Notes under the pieces: model-generated
What the model was told of the DNA's origin: nothing
Seen by the model: only the letters and a program-made list of their open reading frames with translations
Databases searched by the model: none
Shown here: positions 1 through 13,500 of the stretch, piece after piece
How positions within the stretch are numbered: the first letter of the stretch is position 1
Layout: each line of letters opens with the position of its first letter
Origin: Catajapyx aquilonaris
Taxonomy: Eukaryota
Assembly: GCA_000934665.2 (NCBI GenBank)
Contig: KZ538126.1
Span: 62,001-119,120, forward strand
DNA length: 57,120 nt
Direction: 5' to 3'
Translations under genes and position numbers: made by a program

Positions 1-19
1 CTCTTTTTATCTCCCCAAG

Positions 20-3000
20 TGTTCCGTGTCGTGTGGTGAAGGGATACAACAACGAACCATCATCTGCGTCGATCTCCATCACCTTCGCCGCATCGACGAC
101 AAGTATTGCTCCAGTATGACCAAACCGATCAGCTACAAAGTTTGCGAAGAAGGCTACTGTGGCAAGTGGAAGATTGGCAACTGGTCACCCTGCTCCGTCT
201 CTTGTGGTCAGGTCAGTTTCCAGCATCATGGAAACATTACTTGACCTTCCCTTAATATTTTTATGTATGTACACAGGGTCATGCGACAAGGCAGCTCGAG
301 TGCATCCATGTCTTGAGTGACGTTTCTGTCCCGGAAAACCTCTGCCCAGAGCGCCCGGAAAGTGAGGAACTCTGCAATATGCCTGCCTGTGTTCATTTCA
401 GCACAAATTCCATCACACCGCACTATGTTGTGGAGCAAAAACACTACTGGAGGACCGGACCATGGGGAAATGTACGTGTTCTTCGGTCGCTTTTATAACA
501 CGAATCCGTAGTCCCAAGTAAACTAAAACGAATTGTTGTCTATTAGTGCTCCAAACCATGTGGAGAAGGTTATCGTCGGCGACAAGTGGTATGCACCCTT
601 GCAAACGGCAACTTGTCCGCCAACTGTCCTCCTGAAGGAAGACTCATCGATACCATCCCATGCATCGAGAACCACTGCCCCAGGTGGGCATTTGGCGAAT
701 GGAGCGAGGTAAAAATACACACACAAAAATGCCCCGGCAGCAAAGCAGCAATCGCCAGCAGTACTGCAATAAATCTGCTTTTCTACTTATATCTTACTAT
801 AGTGTAACAAGTCTTGTGGAGGAGGATACAGATTCCGACAGGTTAGGTGCCACGATGTGGAGGACAACATTGTACGACTGGATTCATGCAAGCCCTCCCA
901 GAGGCCTTTCGACATCCAAAAGTGCAATGAACATCCGTGTCCACCTCTAGACAAGAGAAGACGATACCGGTGGAAAACTTCACATATGTGGAGCCCGGTA
1001 AGGTATTCTCGGCGGTACAGCTAACATTCAACCTTTTACTAGCTGCAATAATTAATATTGTGGATGCTTCGGGTAAGTCTGGGTGCAAGTTTTCACGTGC
1101 AAGTTTCGTCGTCTGTTGTGGTCACCGTTGTGTTTATATACATAAAAAAAAGTGGGCCAATGATGGTTCATTGGTTTTTGTTGATATTTTTTCAGTTAAT
1201 TTTGTTGTCAGTGTTATGTAGCTGTGATACAATAACTAACCAGTGTTTCACTGAAGAAGACTTTTTATCTACGAACTCTTTACAACCTGGGCTTTATGGT
1301 GCTTAGCATGATTGTCTTGTTCTGTCATTGTGTGCATTTAATAATAATAATTTCTTATACTTGTATAATAGGCGTAATAACTGGTGTGTACAAGTCACGC
1401 ATTCGATGTCGCTTCAAGTTGTTCAACCTCCATGTTCAGTTTTTTAATACACATTTTGACTTATTAATGAGCCATCAGCAGTATTTTATATCGTCATGTC
1501 TAATGCAATAATTATACTGGATTACTCGTTTTTAACAAAAAAAAAGCAGAGCAAATTACTTTTGTACAGCCACATTCGGGCAATAAAGAATGTTTTGTAA
1601 ATTCTCAGCGAAGAGTACGGAAAGCATGCTGGGGTTTTATGTCTGCCACTGTTCACACTCGACACACAGAAACGGAGCCACATCTTTACTCCTTCTCACC
1701 ATTACTTACTCAATTTACCGCATCAAGTACTGCCTTATTGCAAAGCCCCTCCGAGCTCCACCCCATTTGAAACACCAGCTGCATCCGACTGCACTTTTTT
1801 GCTCTTTGTTTAATGTTGATGGATAGCTAAAGCATCTGTGGCGAGCGATGGCAGACATGCAGTGAGAGGTACTGTAATCAGTAGAGCGAGGCCTTAAAAT
1901 TGTTGCTCAAAGCCAAATCGGTCAAGGGGGGTCCACACAAAAAATTGCATAAAGAAGCAAAAGTCATCCATAGATCAAGGTGACTATAGTGTCAAAAGAA
2001 GGGTAAAAGAATTGCACGGAATGGGATGTGGGTGTTTCCTGTCGCTCCACATAACTTCTGATTGGTGCATGACCCTCCTGCTGTGTTTTGTAACCTAATC
2101 CGGATTAATGTGTGCGGAGTCACACCAGAGAGAGCTGCTGAATCTTGCACACACAGTGCTGCTGCCCGCCAACCAGTGTCTGTGGGATGAAGGTGAGGAT
2201 GTTTGAAGAGAAAAATCAACCCCTGGCTCTCTCTTCCTCAGTGCTCTACCACCTGTGGCAAAGGTGTGCGGTACAGGAATGTGTTCTGTGTGGACATGGA
2301 GGATGACAGTCAAGCTCCCAATGAGTATTGCAGCGCTTTAGAAAGCAAGCCCAAGTCTAAGAAGTTCTGCAACGTGCACGTGCCCTGCCCTTACCTGTGG
2401 AAAAAAGATGACTGGTCTGAGGTAAGTAACCTGTAGACTATCAAGGCTGTTTGTACAAGGCCAAGTTATAAGGCAAATACAGAATGGAAGCAATGTGCCA
2501 ATATAGGAAAACTTATCCACTGCACGAATCTGGCCACATTATTTATGATTTACACGTGAAAATCATAATCAAAATATTCCATAGTGTTCCACTACATGCG
2601 GAACTGGGATCCAGCACAGGCAGGTGACTTGCCACAAAATAAACAGTTACGGATGGGTTGATCCGGAGCCGATATCTCATGGGTGTGTTCCGGAGGAAAA
2701 ACCGGAGGAATATCAGCACTGCAGTCACGGTGATTGTGACGCCCCGTATATTTGGCAAGTGGAGAATTGGAAGAAGGTATGGTGCTCACCAGTTCGAAAT
2801 AATAAGTGCGATGTTTTTTAACTGTTATTTTCCAACCATAAAGTGTACACAACTGTGCGGGAAACGTGGTCGTCAAAAGAGACGGCTGCACTGTATTCGA
2901 AGGGATGGAAGAAGAGTTGCACACCCTTTCTGCCAGCAAAAGTTTAAGCCTGAACGGAAACGAAAGTGTAACAGGAGGCCATGTAAGTGCATTTACAAGC

Positions 3001-4870
3001 AAGTGAAACGTGACTGATACTAATCATTTTTTTTTTGTGCGAAGGTGGATATCATGCCTGCAAGGACGTCCAACAAAAGCGGAAGAATCACCACGACGGT
3101 GACTACACCCTATTAGTTGGAGGCAAAAATATATCGATATATTGCAAAGGCATGGGCACAGCCAATCCTGAAGAGTACTTAACATTACCGGCAGGAGAAC
3201 AAGAAAACTATTCTGAAATTTATGGAAAAAGGTGCGTCTACCTCCTTTCATAATTCATATTCATTTTACCAATGACGTATATTCTACCTTGCCTTGTGAT
3301 TTTTTAAACATTCAAATAATTAATCATGGCGCTAATGTTCGTTTCCCAGGGTACACGACCTAACTGTTTCCCACTCTTTTCAGGCTCATCAATCCGGATG
3401 TGTGTCCTTATCAAGGATTGAGGAACGACAGTTGTGAATGCGTAGACGACATGCCTCAACGATCCGGCCTGACAACTTTTTCGAAAATAAGACTAAACGT
3501 CACCCTATTAAGGGTGATAAGTAAGTAACGGCCACATGTAGGCTACTTTTTCATGCTGAGCAGTCTGACTAATGTAGTTTTTACTTTCCAGCCGACGATT
3601 TCACATTTGCACACAACATTCTTGGTCAGTTCGTGCCATATGGAGCAGCAGGCGATTGTTACAGCACAGACAACTGCGCGCAGGGGAAATTCAGCATCAG
3701 TCTACTTGGGACGGACCTCAGGGTTTCGCCATCCACGTCGTGGATCGGAAACGGAAACCGAATGTCCCTTTGGGTCAACCGAATCGAGGCAAGGATATAC
3801 AATGATTCTAATCCAATGACTCAGTGAACTAACAGAATAAAGCCTTCAATTTGATATTAACAGTAATGAGGGCTCAATTTTCTTGTTTTTGGCAGCAAAC
3901 TCAGGCAAAGACAGTAAGACTTTATATTCTATTCACATTGACAATTATTATGTGGGCTAGAAAAATGCACTCACCTGCAGTTGGATGCCTGTTACTTGTA
4001 GTAACTGATCGTCAGGCTATATCCTAAATAGCCAATGACAGACAACAAATTCTGCAGTATCCATTAGGATTGCAGGACTTGGATCCATGCTACTTCAGCT
4101 TCCTTTCAAGTAATAGGCCTCCAACTACACTAGCCATGCAGCCTACTAAAAATTAATTTCGCTGGCGAGTGTAACTAATCTATGTCCACAGTTTTCATCG
4201 AGTGATTTAAATATAGCGTTTTCGAATTGGGACCTTGATAAAAATGTCATGGCAATGGCTCTGCTTATAGCATGAAATATCATTTTAGAAATGCTTTGTA
4301 CGATTTAACAGCGCCTTCCCCTTGAAAAGTTTACTTTAAAGGTTACATTAATAAAGTTTCTGGCGCTAACCAGTCTGTTGACATAAAAATAACAATGATA
4401 AAATTTTAAAATATCGTTGTGCATAATAAGCCTGCAGGAACAAGTTTCAGGTCTTGGCTTGAACCATTTCATTTTTAAAATCATGTTCAATTAAATATTT
4501 GAGTAAATTATTAATGCCCAAACATATTGCCATGTTAGTTTAGCCAAGAGTTTCATTCAAAATTGAATGCAGCCTTGTAGCCTTACTGTACAACAGAGAA
4601 AATTCTCTGAAGTTTCTCAAATGCCCAGATGAAAACTTTTATATTTAAATACACTTGTCAGCCTACTTTTCCATATTTTTTTGCAGCAAACTACTGAGTT
4701 GTGCACACACTGTCCATTAATATTGACAAACTGGGAGAATTCTCGGAAAATTTAATGTTTTGCTTCCTTGACAGGAAAATCAAAAGGTGCAAGGGAAATG
4801 CGGAGGTTATTGCGGTACGTGCACCCCACATCCTCACACAGGATTAAAGCTGGATGTAATAGAGTCATAA
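20..4870 (+). CDS. ADAMTS9/ADAMTS20/GON-1-like metalloprotease, 3' part (tandem TSP1 repeats + C-terminal GON domain); 5' end lies outside the window
   Basis: Exons 20-211, 277-471, 547-708, 803-997, 2242-2421, 2585-2776, 2844-2982, 3045-3231, 3384-3520, 3592-3788, 4775-4870, all phase-compatible. Repeated W..CS.TCG.G...R.V.C TSP1 motifs. GON domain (CKDVQ...IYCKGM...PEEYLTL...ENYSEIYGKRL...YGAAGDCYS...GKCGGYCGTCTP) ends in TAA. Confidence 0.92.
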
Positions 4871-7800
4871 ATAGGTATGTAATGAATCCCATAAAAGAAT
4901 TGTCGTCAAGTATAGTAACAAAATATATCTGACGAGATATCCTCATTTTTGCAGGACGTACTCTCAAGAGACAGTTACCAAGTTCCTTCATGATCATCTG
5001 TACATACGTCATTGCCATCAAGTGCACAGAATCTCCAATGCAAAAGGGACGTTGTACAGGGACTTCAAGTTTGTTCTCCTAATTTTATATGCCCACGCTA
5101 TACCGGTACGATAAAAATAGCACGACAATTTTGTAGCACCTTGTACTGTACACCCTTGAGTCATGTGCCAGAAATGTCAATGGACGGCATTTAAGGTATT
5201 TTTTTGTTGCAAATACTTACTCGTTAGTACTCACGATCTTTTTTTCGGTGCGCCAATGCTGACACTGCCTTTTGTAATTTTTTATTTCTCCGAGAAAAAA
5301 TAATAATAAGAGAGTGAAACTGAATGAACGTAAGTCGTATAGATAAATGAGATCAATTTTTGCGTGTGCTACACACAGCCTCTCTGTGGCAATAAAATGA
5401 TGCAACAGGTGTCTAGTCACCTTGCGTGTGGTCTCAAAAACAAGTTACCGTTAGATGTGTTCTAGGTATTGTTGCCATCATGAGGGCGAGAAAGGAAAAG
5501 CGCACCGTATATCGTGCACAAGTTGGTTGGTTTGTTTGGCTGTGATGACGTTTAAACAGTTTAAAGTCGGCGAAGCAGCATGTTTAGTTATTAGATTGTC
5601 ACTCTCGCCGAACAAATCGTACAGGAACTTTATGTAATAATGTCGCCTGTGGTCTTGCCCACAGGCCCTACAACTTGTTTATATGTGGCTTTTTAAGCAC
5701 TTGTGTTGAAACTCAGTGATCTATATTGATATTACAACTACAAAGAAAGTGCAAATGATTTACAATTTACATTTTGCATTTATGAAGCCATCAAAATGTT
5801 CACGTTGTAATTTTTTTTTCCTCTCAACATGTTGTTATCACCTACAGTAATCGGCTTATTTCACAGTGATTTCACAGCGATTTAATATCAATGTAAATTG
5901 ATAGCATCGTCTAATTGCACAATTTAACTCAGCTGTTGCACTACATTCAGTTTGCCTGATTTTAATCAAGGCATCGACTGCTTCTCAACCTCGATTTATT
6001 ATATCTTGTGACTGAGGGCCAAAGTTCTTCTGAAAATTACACGACGAACCTAAAGGAACTGGTCACCGAATATTCGTATGCGTTGTGTGAAAAGCATATT
6101 CCGTATACCCAAAGCACATAACATATGAGTCCACAATGTTTTTCCATGCAACAATCATGCCACGTATACCTTTCAAGCTATATGTGGCTGTATTTGACAT
6201 ATTAAAATTGTCGGTGCCAAACCGCGAAGACGAATAATTAATGGATACGAATATTTTAATGAGTAGCAGTAAAATCTGACCACACGCGTAACTATCATGT
6301 ATGACGCACTTATACTCTCTCGCAATTTAAAAACCATGACTCTGAAATACATTCTGTATTCCTCTCCAACTTAAGTAATTAGGAATCATAGAAAACTAAA
6401 ACTCAGTGCAGCCCAATATCTTTACTCTAATGCAGATATAAATTCATTCTCTTTTCGTACCAAACGATGTGTAAATATAATTTTATACAGTTGTACATAA
6501 ATCGGCTGACACTATATATAAAGAATTTGTGTGAAATTACCATTTCTTTGACGAAAAACAAACTTGACAGTTCGAAACTATGTCAAGTTTCGTTACTGTG
6601 TATATTACTTAGCTAATATTTTTATCTTACAATCGCAGCCAAGGAAACCTGAGAAGCAAACTGCACAAAAAAATAATCTCACTAGAGTGTGCGTGTACAT
6701 ATTATACATGTCTTAAAATTTATCTTTGTCTATGTGTCGCTTTGTTGGGAGTTTGTATCTATGCTATGCAGTTGTTTTGTACATAATTAAGTTTACATTA
6801 TTTATATTTCAAGATGTGGTAGGTACAAGTAACTTACAGTTATGATGATATCAACTTCTGAGATCATTACAGGAGAAAAGTCCATGGGCATTGGTTCTAC
6901 CTCATATTGCAATGAAAGCTTGTGTATGAAAACTATATAGCTAAAGTCACGTGAAACTAAAATGTTCGTAGTATTATTGTCACATGTTGGTGAGGTATGT
7001 CACATAAATATCATTTGCTACACTGATAACAATATAAATTATTCTCTCTTCTGTCATAGAAGTGTGTATGTGTACATGTATTTGTCAAAAATCGTGTATG
7101 AAGCAAAATATTTCACTCTGTAGTTTGCCTCCCAGCAAATACGCAAATGTGTGATGTTCATATCATCAACTTAAACTGCCATATAAAGATTGCAATGTTC
7201 ACTTTTTAGTTCACTGTGGATAACAAATACCTCGATGTTTTCACAATGCAAGTACAGTATGTGCCAGTTGAAATTTATTTGGTACTTTAATGCCATTCAT
7301 GTCTCAATGGCAGGAATAAGTTTGTAAAAAATACCTTTTTGAAATAATCCTTACCTCTTTACTGTAGTAGTCTGTGAATTCACCGTCCCAGCCCATTATA
7401 ATATACGCATCATATTTCTCTTAGTAATGCGTGTTGCCATTTTTAATGCTCCACCTAACATTTTTGAGTTGCAATTATATGAATTTATTTTTAAAAATAT
7501 GAGTTCATTTAATTTAAATGCACTGCCATTGGGAAATATATAGATTATTATGTGAACTAAGAGAGATGTGAATGTGAATTTTTGACTATGATCCACGTGT
7601 GTTACCACTGCCACAAACAGACTGTATTCCTGTTGATAAACCTTTATTATTCTCACTGAAAGAGTTACTTTTTTCCTTGAATTGATCAAAAATATCACCA
7701 AGTTGTCAGGAGCGTCTGAATCTACATTAATTCAGGAAACTTTTTCATTTATTTCTACGTCATCCCACCTGAACAAAATATAGCAAATATCAAAGTAACG

Positions 7801-8579
7801 TAACAAGGATCTAGAGCGGTGGGGGGGGGGGTGCACTCGTCATAGTAGGTCTACTGAACTTTTGATTCGTTGAACTATGTGTCCTAATTATGTCAAAATG
7901 CATGTGTAATGCATTATTTTCATCGGGCATGGTTATCTTTTTTTCACACGAATCGCCTTCAGGTGCTTTCATATTATTTTAATTTAAATACAGTATTTTA
8001 TTATCCTCAGAATTATAAGACACCTGCAAATCCTTCAAAAAAAAAGTATGGAGGAAATGATTTGCACATCACAATTTTTCACAAGTTTGACACTTAAATG
8101 TACGGTACAATCGTTAAATGAGCGTTGGGAATCTACCAACAGGACCAAGTCCATGAAACTGCAATGAGATCGTCTGTTTAGACTTTTAGATGAACCTTTC
8201 CACATAAATCGATTTCCAGGATGTAACTCTTCGCAGAGCAAGGAAGGGTAAGTTGCATGGACAGAACAGAATCAGAAATAACGGTCATATTCCTCCCCCA
8301 TGCAAAATACAGTAGGCTACATGCACTCCAGCTGACCTGCACCATGCGTCCAAGATGTCATTGGTATATGGAAATAAGTTTAGCTGGTAGAGTCATTCTA
8401 CGTCAATTCGGGCTAAATACATTTAAAAGCTGGATCGACCACCCAAGATTAGATATCATACCTTTTATAGTATATAATAAACGTATTGTTTGTGGCTATT
8501 GGGGACGATAAATTGTCACAAAGCCATGGTTATATACGCGTATAATGAATGTCAAAGGGCATAGATATGAATCATAATA

Positions 8580-8761
8580 CAGTAAAACCTCGATATAACG
8601 CTCTTCAAGGGACCACCCAAAAGTAGCTTTATAAGCGGGACAGCGTTATGAGCGGGAAGATTTACCTTACGGAAGTTATGGAAATGATCAAGGGACCGGA
8701 AAAATGGGCGTTAAAAGCGGGATAGCGTTATATGCGGGATCGTTACATCGAGGTTTTACTG
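8580..8761. mobile_element. Tc1/mariner-pogo-type MITE (182 bp)
   Basis: TIR CAGTAAAACCTCGATATAACG ... CGTTACATCGAGGTTTTACTG. TA on the left flank, TG on the right. Internal GCGGGA/AGCGTTA subrepeats. Confidence 0.8.
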
Positions 8762-8898
8762 TGATATAACGAACATCACATCATTTAGAATACAGCTACA
8801 CAATAAATTCCGTAATTATGTACATAAATATCACAAAAAAAAATCTGGCTCCCAAAAATGTAACTATAAACAAGTACCATTGAGATGCATATAATTAA

Positions 8899-9188
8899 CC
8901 ATGGAACCGTGGCGTGCCTGAGAGTTACGGCAACCGTGACGTGGGGTCTTTTAGGACCCCATCCATATTTTAATTTTTATTAATTTTTATATGATACTTG
9001 TCAATGTATTGACTACATGCAATCATTCTTTGAACAATGACTAAAATGATCGCTAATTCAAAATAAACATGCACTTCCTGTTACGGTATAGGCTACTTTA
9101 AAAAATGGCAACAGTTCATTGTAATTATCATTTTAATGCATTTTAATTCCTTTGGGGTCCTAAAAGACCCCACGTCACGGTTCCATGG
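8899..9188. mobile_element. piggyBac-like MITE
   Basis: TTAA on both flanks (8895-8898, 9189-9192). TIR CCATGGAACCGTG..ACGTGGGGTCTTTTAGGACCCCA versus TGGGGTCCTAAAAGACCCCACGTCACGGTTCCATGG. Confidence 0.8.
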
Positions 9189-9352
9189 TTAAATGTAGCC
9201 TACTGTACTATAGGCCTATACATATTCAGTAGCCCGTAAATAATGCGAATGTCGCAGGCACCAAAATAATAACTTTTAACCAACCGGGTGCCAAAATACA
9301 ACAACATTGTCTATGACCAATTCAAAAAAGAAAAGACAGGGAGGAAAAAAAG

Positions 9353-9425
9353 TACCCCTGGCGGGACTCGAACCCGCAATCCCCGGTTTAGGAGACCGAT
9401 GCCTTATCCATTAGGCCACAGGGGC
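9353..9425 (-). tRNA. tRNA-Arg (anticodon CCT)
   Basis: Reverse complement GCCCCTGTGGCCTAATGGATAAGGCATCGGTCTCCTAAACCGGGGATTGCGGGTTCGAGTCCCGCCAGGGGTA is 73 nt and folds as a cloverleaf with A and B boxes. A T7 Pol III terminator follows (A-run 9345-9351). Confidence 0.96.
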
Positions 9426-9799
9426 TCGACGGAGGAAAGGCCTTGGATAGCGCCCCTTCATTCCCCCAGCACCAATCGCCCGCGCTCTCCCAACCCCGCT
9501 CCCAGGGTATGAAATACGAATCATCCTTGCTGGCTGCACACACAGGGACGTGAAGCCTCCAATATTATGCACTCATAACTATACTAACAGCTGGTTGATA
9601 CACCTAGCTGGACGCCCCCAGTGCAATCAGGCATCATACACACTGTTAAATTTGCTGCTAACTATACCAGTACCGCAGATGTTGGTGATGGTGGACGAAA
9701 ATTCGACACTGTATTTTTTATGCTATGGAAAATAATGCACTTCATTGGGAGGGGTCTATACAACCTAACGTACGCGACACAAGTGGTCGAAATTATTTG

Positions 9800-10156
9800 C
9801 AACTTTAAAAACACGTCCCTCCTACCCCCACATGGCCACATATATGTCACACATAGTCACACTCCCAAGACACCCCCCTTTTAAGCGTCATCCCCCGCCT
9901 AGTTTGAGTCCACTATGGGGAGTCCACAGGAAAGACCTGTGCGAGGGCCGAGGGGTTATTCAGTTAAATTTTTTCCATACACGGACTACCGGACTACCCT
10001 TCCGACTACCCTCGGACTACCCTTATAGGGAATAATCCCTCGGACCTGAGTTCGACTTTCAAAACACCCCCTACCGCCTACCCCCATGTCGGCATAGTCA
10101 CACCATCCCAGACCCCCTCGTCTCTTATACGTCATCCCCCGCCTCGTTTGAGTCCA
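9800..10156. repeat. Diverged ~100-bp direct repeat with intervening (GG/CG)ACTACC mini-repeats
   Basis: CATAGTCACAC...CGTCATCCCCCGCCT(A/C)GTTTGAGTCCA occurs at ~9850-9913 and ~10093-10156. GACTACC occurs four times at 9983-10021. Confidence 0.6.
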
Positions 10157-10328
10157 GCACCGACCTGATGAGTTCGACCCCGGTTCCAGCAGCCCTACTC
10201 ACCTGACACGTCCTGTCTGCTGGGCACTGCTGTCACGGACGGAACAGGCTTGACATCCTCATACTTTTAGAACAAGTTCGAACAAGTGTCAAATCCATAA
10301 GGCATGATGTCTCTTTATATAAAAAATA

Positions 10329-10560
10329 ATGGCAGCCATTTTTGATCCAACCTACCGCCATTTTGTGTCCCCCAATAAAAGGCGTCAATCACGGCACGCA
10401 TGCGCACTGGTTACATGGAAACGCCGCTATGCGTCGCAGTGTGTCCAACAGGCGGGCTGCCCCCCNNNNNNNNNNNNNNNNCCCCCCCCCCCCCCCCCCC
10501 CCCCCCCCTCCTGCCCTCCTCCTTCTTCGTTTCGTTCTTTCCGATTGGCCGTCTCTGGAA
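10329..10560. promoter_or_regulatory. CpG-rich housekeeping-type promoter of MAN1, containing a 16-N gap inside a poly-C tract
   Basis: YY1/Pho-like GCCATTTT twice (~10335, ~10357), NRF1-like GCACGCATGCGCAC (~10394), inverted CCAAT (ATTGG ~10544). N at 10466-10481. Confidence 0.5.
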
Positions 10561-10561
10561 A

Positions 10562-13500
10562 ATGCCCAAGATGGCGGAGGTGGAGTCGATGTCGGACGAT
10601 GAGATCCGTTCGAAGCTGTCCCGAATGGGCATCAGCTGCCCGCCCATCACCGGCTCCACCAGGGACGTCCTGATCAGGAAGCTCAAGAAGGCCATGGCCT
10701 CCGCTGCCTCCTCGTCCTCCGTCGGACAGGCTGGAAGAGCGGCCCAGGCGGCGGCCAGGAGGAGCAGGGGCGGCGGGATGGACGACTCGGCATCCGAGTC
10801 GGACGATTCGGTGGTCACGGGCAGCAGCAGGCCTGCTCCCAGTCACAAGAGAGGGGGGAACAGCAGCAGGAGGAGGTCCTCCACGGATGAGGCCAGGCTG
10901 CGGAGGAGGAGCAGCAACAACAACAACAGTCTGATGCCCACACCGACACAGCCGCAGGCCTCCTCAGATGTGTTCAAGCGGCCACTGCCTCCATGCAGCC
11001 CCACACCGTCCACAAGTGCCTCGGGGCCTGCCGGATGGAGGATGCAGATGCCATTCATGTAAGGGGACGGTTTGGGCAGCTGGGCCGCCACTCACCTGAC
11101 CAGAGACGCTGCATGCGTACAGTCGCTATCTGGCGGGGAGTTGTCAGGAGCTCAGACGAGGCTGTCTCGTAGCGTAAAATATGGAAACTAGAATAGTACA
11201 GTCTACAGGGTGACCCAAAAGTGTAGACGCATAATATTGCCGGTTGACAATTGGCAACCTGACAACCAACAATATGTCCAGACTTTTGGGTCACCCTGTA
11301 GAGTAAGTGAAGGTAATGACAAGTGTACACTCTAATTCTAGAAGCCATCACCCGCTTTAGACGCAACTCGGAAATCATGACGTAGTTCATTTCCAATATT
11401 ACAATTGCGACCTTAAGTACAATTCACAAGTTCCAATGATATTGTAACGCAAACACCAGTAGAAAGGGAGCGGTGTGGTGTCTGACATCCAGGAAACAGC
11501 CAATGTGTCGAAAGATTTTATTATCAGTGGTGGTGTTTAATTCTATTAATGCAGCGTTTAACATGTGAGCGATGTGCAGCGACGAAATCAATAATTGTTT
11601 GCGAGAAAAATGCGGTGAAAGTTACAACTTTTCGCTCACATGTAAACACACTGTTACCAATCATGAGAACTAGTATTTTTGAATGACTTGGATACATTTT
11701 AGCATGAGCGAGAAGCCTGCGGATAAATGCGATGCAGAATTGGCTTCTCGCTCATGTTATGAAACATTTAAAAAACTGTGATGATTATTATTACCATGGA
11801 AGTGAGCTTCAAGTATTGCCCAACTTGAATCTTGAAGTCATGAAGGTGAAAATCATAGGCCGGATCTCATTGAATGGAGCGATGTGAAAGAAATTCCACC
11901 TCTGCTTCCTGTATGTTGAATTTTGCAGCTTGACAGCATGGGTGTTCATTGGTGGATTCTTATTCTTGTATCATGATCCAACTGCCTCATATGAAGGGAC
12001 CTTGACACTGAGAGACTGTCTAGACTCCAATAAGTAATGCATTCACTGGATGTCTTTTTAGGGGGCATTTACACAAGGTGACCCGGTTGTTGGGAAAGAC
12101 GTCTTAACTTGGTGGAGAGGCGATAGCTTCACTTTCTTCAAATTTTCATTCCAAAGTTGTCTCCCAAACGTACTGTAGCCCTTTGTTTGTCCAACAATTT
12201 CACTGCCCCGTATAAATTCAGATTGCTAAATGCTAGTATGGGCAGGAAGCACCAAAGTGAGTGAAACAAATCTGGCTGTAATGTGCTTGTTATTAATTGT
12301 TGATTAGTTTTTGACAGTAATTAGTAACAAGCACAAACCGACGGGATTTGCTTTCATGAGTTTGGTGCTACCCACCATAAGTACTGATATCCTGAATGAA
12401 AGAAAACCCACCTGAAATGAATAAGCAATAAGCCTCGGCCTGAGCAATAACAATGATCCCGCCTGCATTCTGGTCTAGCAGCAGGATTTAATTGAGGAGT
12501 CCCTGGTCACCTCCCCCACTTAAAACCATGATGCAAAGGGTCATAAAGCCGCAAGTACTGTTTCCTAATTCATTCGGCGAATGGGCCTATACGTGACATA
12601 AGCCACGGGCACATTCTGACTGTATGCCACAGAAACAGTCCTGTTGTGTGTAATTATGGCATTGAGCAAAATGCAAATGTGTCAAGAAAATATTTTGTGC
12701 ACTTAAATTTTTGTTACTAAGAAGCCTTGGAAAACCTGTATTGGCTGGCCTTGTAAAATGATGAGGGATGCAAGTGCAGCATAGATTTTTTTTTCTTACT
12801 GCAAGCAATACTTTTTTGAAGTTAATTTAGAGGTGTAGCTTTTAGTGTGACATTCCTTTACAGTGTAGCGTAAATTAATTTATTTTGCTAGTGCTCCAAA
12901 TAGAATCTTCATTTGTGGGTCACATTATACAGTAGTACTAATAACCACAAAAGTAATGTCGCACTGTTATGCCATCCACGACTTGTTATTTAGCATAGGT
13001 TGTGGATTCCGGAGTATTGCTAAATTAACATCCGTAACTCGGAAACGCCCATGCTAAACAAGTCGCGGAAGCCATCACATCACCGTGCGACATCACTTTT
13101 GCGGTTAATAGTACACCAATTAAGTAGTAGTCATGGTTAATGTTAGGTTTTTTCCCTCACTTGCAGGGGTTCGCCATCCAACCACCTTCTTCACACAAGG
13201 CCAGGTGATGAATTTGACACAGGCTCAGAGACCGAATCAGGAATCGACACCCGCCTGCTGCATTCTCGCCGTGTCCGCGCCTCTCGCCCCTCAACTCACA
13301 GGGGGGGTCGTATGATGGGTGCCATGGGGTCTGCCTTTACCAGCATGGTGGAAAGTTTTCGTGCCACAACAAGGATCGGGAATGGTGTGCGAGTGCCGCC
13401 CACACAAGAGTCCTCCAGTGACGAGGATGATGAGGATGAGGAGGAGCAGCCCAGCTTCCGAAAAGCTCATTCCAGCACTCCAAATGGACACTGCAGTAAC

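Noticed and set aside
1222..1306. Alternative terminal exon in the long ADAMTS intron
   Set aside because: In the required phase 0 it reads CTG TGA; the open frame is incompatible.
9982..10025. Short GACTACC repeats as a CRISPR-like array
   Set aside because: Units are 8-11 bp without unique spacers, the context is eukaryotic, and there are no cas genes.
10160..10200. CTGATGAG as a hammerhead ribozyme core, or GTTCGA as a B-box of a second tRNA/SINE
   Set aside because: No matching GAAA or stems, and no A-box or cloverleaf.
10329..10673. Poly-proline ORFs upstream of the LEM domain
   Set aside because: They come from translating a poly-C tract with a 16-N gap. The LEM protein starts at 10562 (or 10571).
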